Source: an uncultured Alphaproteobacteria bacterium
Lineage (GTDB): Bacteria > Pseudomonadota > Alphaproteobacteria > Rs-D84
Assembly: GCA_944389555.1 (NCBI GenBank)
Contig: CALXMU010000002.1
Span: 30,271 to 94,270, forward strand
DNA: 64,000 nucleotides
Direction of reading: 5' to 3'
In this document: positions 59,312 to 64,000 of the stretch, one piece after another
How positions within the stretch are numbered: the stretch's first letter is position 1
Layout of the letters: each line of letters starts with the position of its first letter
Notes under the pieces: model-generated
Seen by the model: only the letters and a program-made list of their open reading frames with translations
The model's database searches: none
What the model was told of the DNA's origin: nothing
Made by a program: the position numbers and the translations under genes

Positions 59312-59737
59312 ATGGCGAACACGGTAGATAAAGATAAGTTAGTCAAGCATTTAATAGAAGAATTATTAAAAGAACCTGCTGTTGCTAGTGCGTTTAACGA
59401 TTTACAACGTTCAGTTAGTTCGCTGTTACCAGAAATCGTAAAGAAAGTTACGGATAAATTTATAACAGAGATAGTTATTACTCAGGCAAAAAATATTCAA
59501 AATCCTTTGGGGAGTTGCTTTTTGGCAAAAGAAAAAACAGATAAACTAAGAAAACCCTCTAAAGATTGGTCAAAAATTTCAGATAATTCTATACGCTCGG
59601 CATACAGCTATCGTAAAAGAAAAAAAATAGACATAGAAGATATTTTAAATGAAGAGCTTGCGAAGCGCTTTTCAAATTATAATAAAGTAACTAAAGAATT
59701 TTTTAAAAGCGCAGATAGGAAAAAGAGACAAGATTGA
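59312..59737 (+). CDS. Hypothetical protein (141 aa, Lys-rich)
   Basis: ORF with upstream GGAGAG; no recognisable motif. Confidence 0.55.
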   Translation: MANTVDKDKLVKHLIEELLKEPAVASAFNDLQRSVSSLLPEIVKKVTDKFITEIVITQAKNIQNPLGSCFLAKEKTDKLRKPSKDWSKISDNSIRSAYSYRKRKKIDIEDILNEELAKRFSNYNKVTKEFFKSADRKKRQD

Positions 59738-59794
59738 TCAAATGCCTCAAAAGGTAATTTATATTCTTCTTATCATTATCGCAAAAGATTAGAA

Positions 59795-60964
59795 TTGCCT
59801 ATAGAAGATAACTTAAATGAAGTCTTAGCAAAGACATTCCCACTTTATGATAAAGAAACAAAAAGTTTTAATAGAAAAAAACGGGACTCAAAACTTGTAA
59901 AATTAAAAAAAAGAAATACTGGAAAAGTAACAAACGGTTTAAAGGTTCCGTTATTTTCGATTCGTACAGAGGGTAATAAATATAGTTTATATTTTAGTAA
60001 TGGTATCAAAACATCAAACGTATTAAAAATGTCAAAAACTCCTTATGAATTATTGATGTTTGATGAGTTGCTTAAAATGGCCGTAGTAAGAAAAAAAACA
60101 GAAAGTAGTTCTTCTTTATTATATCTTGTAAATCTTAAAACAGGTTCGGTTTACAGCGCATTAAAACTTGGGGCAAAAGTAATAAGGTATATACCAAAGA
60201 CTCACGAATTGTTTTTGGCTGGTGATAATTCGCGTTTATATACGGTTTTGTCTCATAATGCGGATGTGAAAAAGATTATAAATGTTCCTATTGGGGCAGA
60301 ACTGCTTAAGGCAGAATCAATTAGAAAATATACTTCGATCATAGATAAAGACGGTAAAGAAATGACTTTACCGTTGATAGAGATAGGTGATGAAAGTTTT
60401 ATGCAAAAGTACAATCATCTGATTGATTCTTTGCTTGGTAATTCAGAGAGAAAAATTATCGCGGTAAGAAAACAACCGCAACCCGAAGAGCAGATATCAC
60501 AAATCTCTGAAATTAAAGAACCTATTATTGAGAGGGTGAAAGAGAAAGAAGATAAATCTATTGCGTATGATAATATGCTTGTGACGCTTAAACATGTAAA
60601 AACAACATTAGAAGGCGTTTATAACGACGTATGGATTAACGGCAGAAAAGTATTGTCAAATCATATAAATACGACGTTAAAGACATTTGGTGGTGGGGTA
60701 ATTTTAGGGGTACATGGTATAGTTACAGATGATAAAAGATTCCCTTTGAAACCAATTTGGATGGTATATGACACATCTTTGAAATTAAGGGTACCAGATA
60801 GAAAGCAGGCGTATTCAGATTATAATATTCAGGTAATGAACGTTTTAGACTGTGGTAATAAAATACGTTTAGATTTGAGTAATAAATCAAATTTATTTTT
60901 AGATATGGATCGCGTTATAAAAAATGCGGTCGGCAAAAGGTTCTTAATCGCTAAAGAAAAATAA
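59795..60964 (+). CDS. Hypothetical protein (389 aa, basic; start uncertain, TTG)
   Basis: Long ORF in AT-rich DNA ending at a terminator; no recognisable motif. Confidence 0.6.
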   Translation: MPIEDNLNEVLAKTFPLYDKETKSFNRKKRDSKLVKLKKRNTGKVTNGLKVPLFSIRTEGNKYSLYFSNGIKTSNVLKMSKTPYELLMFDELLKMAVVRKKTESSSSLLYLVNLKTGSVYSALKLGAKVIRYIPKTHELFLAGDNSRLYTVLSHNADVKKIINVPIGAELLKAESIRKYTSIIDKDGKEMTLPLIEIGDESFMQKYNHLIDSLLGNSERKIIAVRKQPQPEEQISQISEIKEPIIERVKEKEDKSIAYDNMLVTLKHVKTTLEGVYNDVWINGRKVLSNHINTTLKTFGGGVILGVHGIVTDDKRFPLKPIWMVYDTSLKLRVPDRKQAYSDYNIQVMNVLDCGNKIRLDLSNKSNLFLDMDRVIKNAVGKRFLIAKEK

Positions 60965-60994
60965 AAAGGTGGCATTTCGCCACCTTTTTATTTT
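60958..60994. terminator. Bidirectional terminator containing both stop codons
   Basis: AAAATAAAAAGGTGGC-ATTTC-GCCACCTTTTTATTTT. Confidence 0.85.
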
Positions 60995-63045
60995 ACGGTC
61001 AGTTCTTTGCCGTGAACGTCTACATATACGGTACTTCCTTCTCCGACCGTTCCAGATAAAATCAAATCTGCGATTTTATCTTCAACGGCGGACGTGATCA
61101 GACGTTTCAATGGGCGGGCGCCAAAGACCGAATCATAACCGTTATCACCCAGCCATTTTATCGCTTTGTCTGAAACGTTTAATTCTATGCGGCGTTCAGC
61201 CAGACGTTTTTCTAGGTTGTGAAGTTGAATCTTTACGATACCTGCCATTACGTCTTTGCCTAATGGGTTAAAGAATACGATTTCATCAATTCTATTTATG
61301 AATTCCGGACGAAAATGTTTCTTTACTGCTTCCATATCAGGTAAGTTACTGGTCATAATGATTATGGTGTTTGTAAAGTTTACTACATGTCCCTGACCGT
61401 CCGTTAAACGACCATCGTCTAGTATCTGTAAGAATACATTAAATACATCCGGGTTTGCTTTTTCAATTTCATCAAACAGCAAAACTTGGTATGGACGACG
61501 ACGAACACTTTCTGTCAAAACGCCACCTTGCTCATAACCGACATACCCCGGAGGACTGCCAATCAGACGAGATACGGAATGTGGTTCCATATACTCACTC
61601 ATATCAATTCGAGTCATGGCCGTATCATCGTTAAATAGATATTCAGCCAAGGCTTTTGCAACTTCTGTCTTACCAACACCCGTCGGACCAAGAAACATAA
61701 AACTGCCGGCAGGACGATGAGGATCTGATAAACCCGCACGACTGCGACGAATTGCACGTGCGATTACATTTAACGCATGGTCTTGCCCGACAACTCGTTT
61801 ACGTAATTCATCTTCAATATTTAGCAATTTAGATTGTTCTTCAACGCTCAGCTTATCTGCCGGAACACCTGTCCATTTGCTGACCACGGCTGCAATATGC
61901 TCTGGTAATACGGTTTTATATTCCTTTGATTCTGCGTTCATCTTTTTAATTTGTTCTTCTAGCTCAGGAATTTTACCGTACTGTAACGCAGAGGCTTTTT
62001 CATAATCGCCGTTACGCATAGCCGTTGCAACTTCGGCTTTTGCAGCGTCTAATGCCGCCATGGCGTCTGATAAACCACGCATTTTTTTCTGTTCTTCGCG
62101 CCATTCCGCGGTCAATTTATCAGATTCGGCTTCTGTTTCTTTGATTACAGACTCTAATTCTTTTAATCGCTTTTTAGAATCTTCGTCTTTTTCTTTTTTC
62201 AAAGCTTGCTGTTCAATTTTCAGTTGCATTAAATGACGGTCAATTTCATCTAACTTTTCTGGCTTTGAAGCAATTTCAATACGAACGCGAGCTGCTGCTT
62301 CGTCAATTAAATCTATTGCTTTATCTGGCAAGAACCTGTCTGTGATATAGCGGTTTGATAATTTTACAGCTGAAACTAATGCCGCGTCAGAAATACGAAC
62401 ACCATGGTGTCCTTCGTACTTTTCTTTCAGACCGCGCAGGATAGAAATAGTGTCATCAACAGTCGGTTCTTCAACATAGACTGGTTGAAAGCGACGCGCC
62501 AAAGCAGGGTCTTTTTCAATATATTGGCGATATTCATCCAATGTCGTCGCGCCAAGACAGTGCAACTCACCGCGAGCCAACATAGGTTTTAATAAATTAC
62601 CAGCGTCCATACTGCCTTCGCCTTTGCCGGCACCAACTAATGTATGTAATTCGTCAATGAACAAAATGATTTGCCCGTCAGAATCTTTAACGGCCTTTAA
62701 TATCGCTTTGAAGCGCCCTTCAAATTGACCGCGGAACATAGCCCCAGCCATCATCGCACCCATGTCTAGCGATAATAATTTTTTCTTTAATAAATTTTCG
62801 GGGACGTCACCAGATACGATTCGCTCGGCTAAACCTTCCACAATTGCAGTTTTCCCGACACCTGGGTTCCCGATAAGGACGGGGTTGTTTTTTGTACGAC
62901 GAGATAAAACTTGTATCGTTCGGCGTATTTCGTCGTCACGTCCTATAACTGGATCTAGTTTACCGTCGGCCGCTAATTTTGTGAAATCAGTAGTATATTT
63001 CGCAATCGCTTGTTCCGGTGTTTCTTGCATTTCTTCTGGATTCAT
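60988..63045 (-). CDS. clpB: ClpB disaggregase lacking the N-terminal Clp-repeat domain
   Basis: [22 protein letters not shown], coiled-coil M domain, [23 protein letters not shown]; AAAGGAGA RBS before ATG 63045. Confidence 0.93.
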   Translation of the reverse strand: MNPEEMQETPEQAIAKYTTDFTKLAADGKLDPVIGRDDEIRRTIQVLSRRTKNNPVLIGNPGVGKTAIVEGLAERIVSGDVPENLLKKKLLSLDMGAMMAGAMFRGQFEGRFKAILKAVKDSDGQIILFIDELHTLVGAGKGEGSMDAGNLLKPMLARGELHCLGATTLDEYRQYIEKDPALARRFQPVYVEEPTVDDTISILRGLKEKYEGHHGVRISDAALVSAVKLSNRYITDRFLPDKAIDLIDEAAARVRIEIASKPEKLDEIDRHLMQLKIEQQALKKEKDEDSKKRLKELESVIKETEAESDKLTAEWREEQKKMRGLSDAMAALDAAKAEVATAMRNGDYEKASALQYGKIPELEEQIKKMNAESKEYKTVLPEHIAAVVSKWTGVPADKLSVEEQSKLLNIEDELRKRVVGQDHALNVIARAIRRSRAGLSDPHRPAGSFMFLGPTGVGKTEVAKALAEYLFNDDTAMTRIDMSEYMEPHSVSRLIGSPPGYVGYEQGGVLTESVRRRPYQVLLFDEIEKANPDVFNVFLQILDDGRLTDGQGHVVNFTNTIIIMTSNLPDMEAVKKHFRPEFINRIDEIVFFNPLGKDVMAGIVKIQLHNLEKRLAERRIELNVSDKAIKWLGDNGYDSVFGARPLKRLITSAVEDKIADLILSGTVGEGSTVYVDVHGKELTVK

Positions 63046-63262
63046 AGTATATAAATCTCCTTTATTTTTCTCTATATATAGTAGCATAAAGCGCTTTTTC
63101 AAGGTACAGGAATCAAAACGTTGATTTTTTATAACGGCTGGATTTCGTATTTTTTTGTGATATAATTAAAAGGTTACAGGAAAATGCGCGAATAATAAAA
63201 CAAATCTTGACTTTTCTTGATTTTTATTATAAATTATGGCGCAGTTATTAAAGGATTATGAT

Positions 63263-63637
63263 ATGCCACGTGTATGTAAAGTTACAGGTAAGAAAACACA
63301 AGTTGGGATGAATGTGTCTCACTCAGAACGTCATACGAAACGTACATTCTTACCGAATTTGCAAAAATTAAAGTTTCACAGCGATGTTTTGAATCGCGAT
63401 TTTTCGTTACGTATTTCAACGGCTGGTTTACGTACATTGACAAAGCATGGCGGTTTGGACGCTTATGTTATGTCAAAGTCACCATCCCGTTTGACACCAG
63501 AAATGGCGGCGATAAAGAAAGCTATAAACAAGAAACTGGGGGTGGCAGAAAAGCCTGCTAAGAAACCAGCGCACAAAGCAAATCGTAGCGCTCGTTTAGT
63601 GAAGAAGGTTGAAGCCCGCAAAGCAGCAGCAAAATAG
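63263..63637 (+). CDS. rpmB: 50S ribosomal protein L28 with Lys/Ala-rich C-terminal extension
   Basis: MPRVCKVTGK...NVSHSERHTKRTFLPNL; start placed at ATG 63263. Confidence 0.93.
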   Translation: MPRVCKVTGKKTQVGMNVSHSERHTKRTFLPNLQKLKFHSDVLNRDFSLRISTAGLRTLTKHGGLDAYVMSKSPSRLTPEMAAIKKAINKKLGVAEKPAKKPAHKANRSARLVKKVEARKAAAK

Positions 63638-63655
63638 TTTGTTGAATTGCGTTTT

Positions 63656-63740
63656 GGCCCCGTGGCGGAATTGGTAGACGCGCTTGACTCAAAATCAAGT
63701 TCTGCAAGGAGTGTCGGTTCGAGTCCGACCAGGGCCACCA
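63656..63740 (+). tRNA. tRNA-Leu (anticodon CAA)
   Basis: GGCCCCGTGGCGGAATTGGTAGACGCG-CTTGA-CTCAAAA-TCAAG, long variable arm, GGTTCGAGTCC, ends ACCA; 85 nt. Confidence 0.95.
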
Positions 63741-63747
63741 GAATAAG

Positions 63748-63773
63748 AAATACCCTGTAGCGGGTATTTTTTT
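63748..63773 (+). terminator. Intrinsic terminator after tRNA-Leu
   Basis: AAATACCC-TGTAGC-GGGTATTT-TTT. Confidence 0.75.
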
Positions 63774-63827
63774 ATTTTTGTAAGTATTTATGATATAATG
63801 ATTATTATCATAATAAAGGAGAGTGCT

Positions 63828-64000
63828 ATGCCAAAAGTTGTGAAAAAATCACAGAAACAATCAGAGGTTAAAGAAAGTAAAAAGTACGCCAATATGATAG
63901 AAGCTTATGGTGCCTTCTGGCGGCGTGGTTATAAAGAATGGGCAGGAACTTCTTCGCGTTCAGAATATTGGTGGTCTTACCTGATGAACTGGATAATTTG
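63828..64000 (+). CDS. DUF805-like membrane protein (3'-truncated by window edge)
   Basis: Hand translation MPKVVKKSQKQSEVKESKKYANMIEAYGAFWRRGYKEWAGTSSRSEYWWSYLMNWII; the SRSEYWW motif is typical of DUF805; AAAGGAGAG RBS. Confidence 0.7.
   Translation, partial: MPKVVKKSQKQSEVKESKKYANMIEAYGAFWRRGYKEWAGTSSRSEYWWSYLMNWII

Overview
AT-rich window from a small-genome alphaproteobacterium. Evidence: CcrM-type methylase, an rpsM-rpsK-rpoA-rplQ region with no rpsD, and alpha-type ClpP/ClpX, MsbA, Slt and NrdR. Gene content fits the gut Rs-D84/'Ca. Enterousia'-type lineage, but that is my inference, not a search result. About half the window is housekeeping: the end of the spc/alpha ribosomal region, grpE, tpiA, infA, rpsF-rpsR-rplI, recO, pgk, rnhB, nrdR, clpPX, rpsU, msbA, an N-domain-less clpB, rpmB and three tRNAs. 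Much of the rest encodes unexplained secreted, cysteine-rich proteins. Three signals stand out. (1) Two clusters (8.5-20 kb and 35.5-44 kb) hold a paralogous family of large Cys-rich, signal-peptide proteins, most with coiled-coil and glycine-zipper segments and one with an OmpA anchor, which may form an uncharacterised envelope or contact apparatus. (2) The 3' end of a small Cys-rich gene (7052-7174) has the adenine-avoidance signature of a diversity-generating retroelement (DGR) variable region, with no RT or template repeat visible here. (3) A covarying ~200-nt multi-hairpin attenuator-like leader occurs twice (6571-6769 and 25004-25212), each time ahead of a different Cys-rich secreted gene. 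No rRNA, CRISPR array, transposase or integrase was seen. All family assignments come from motif recognition by eye.
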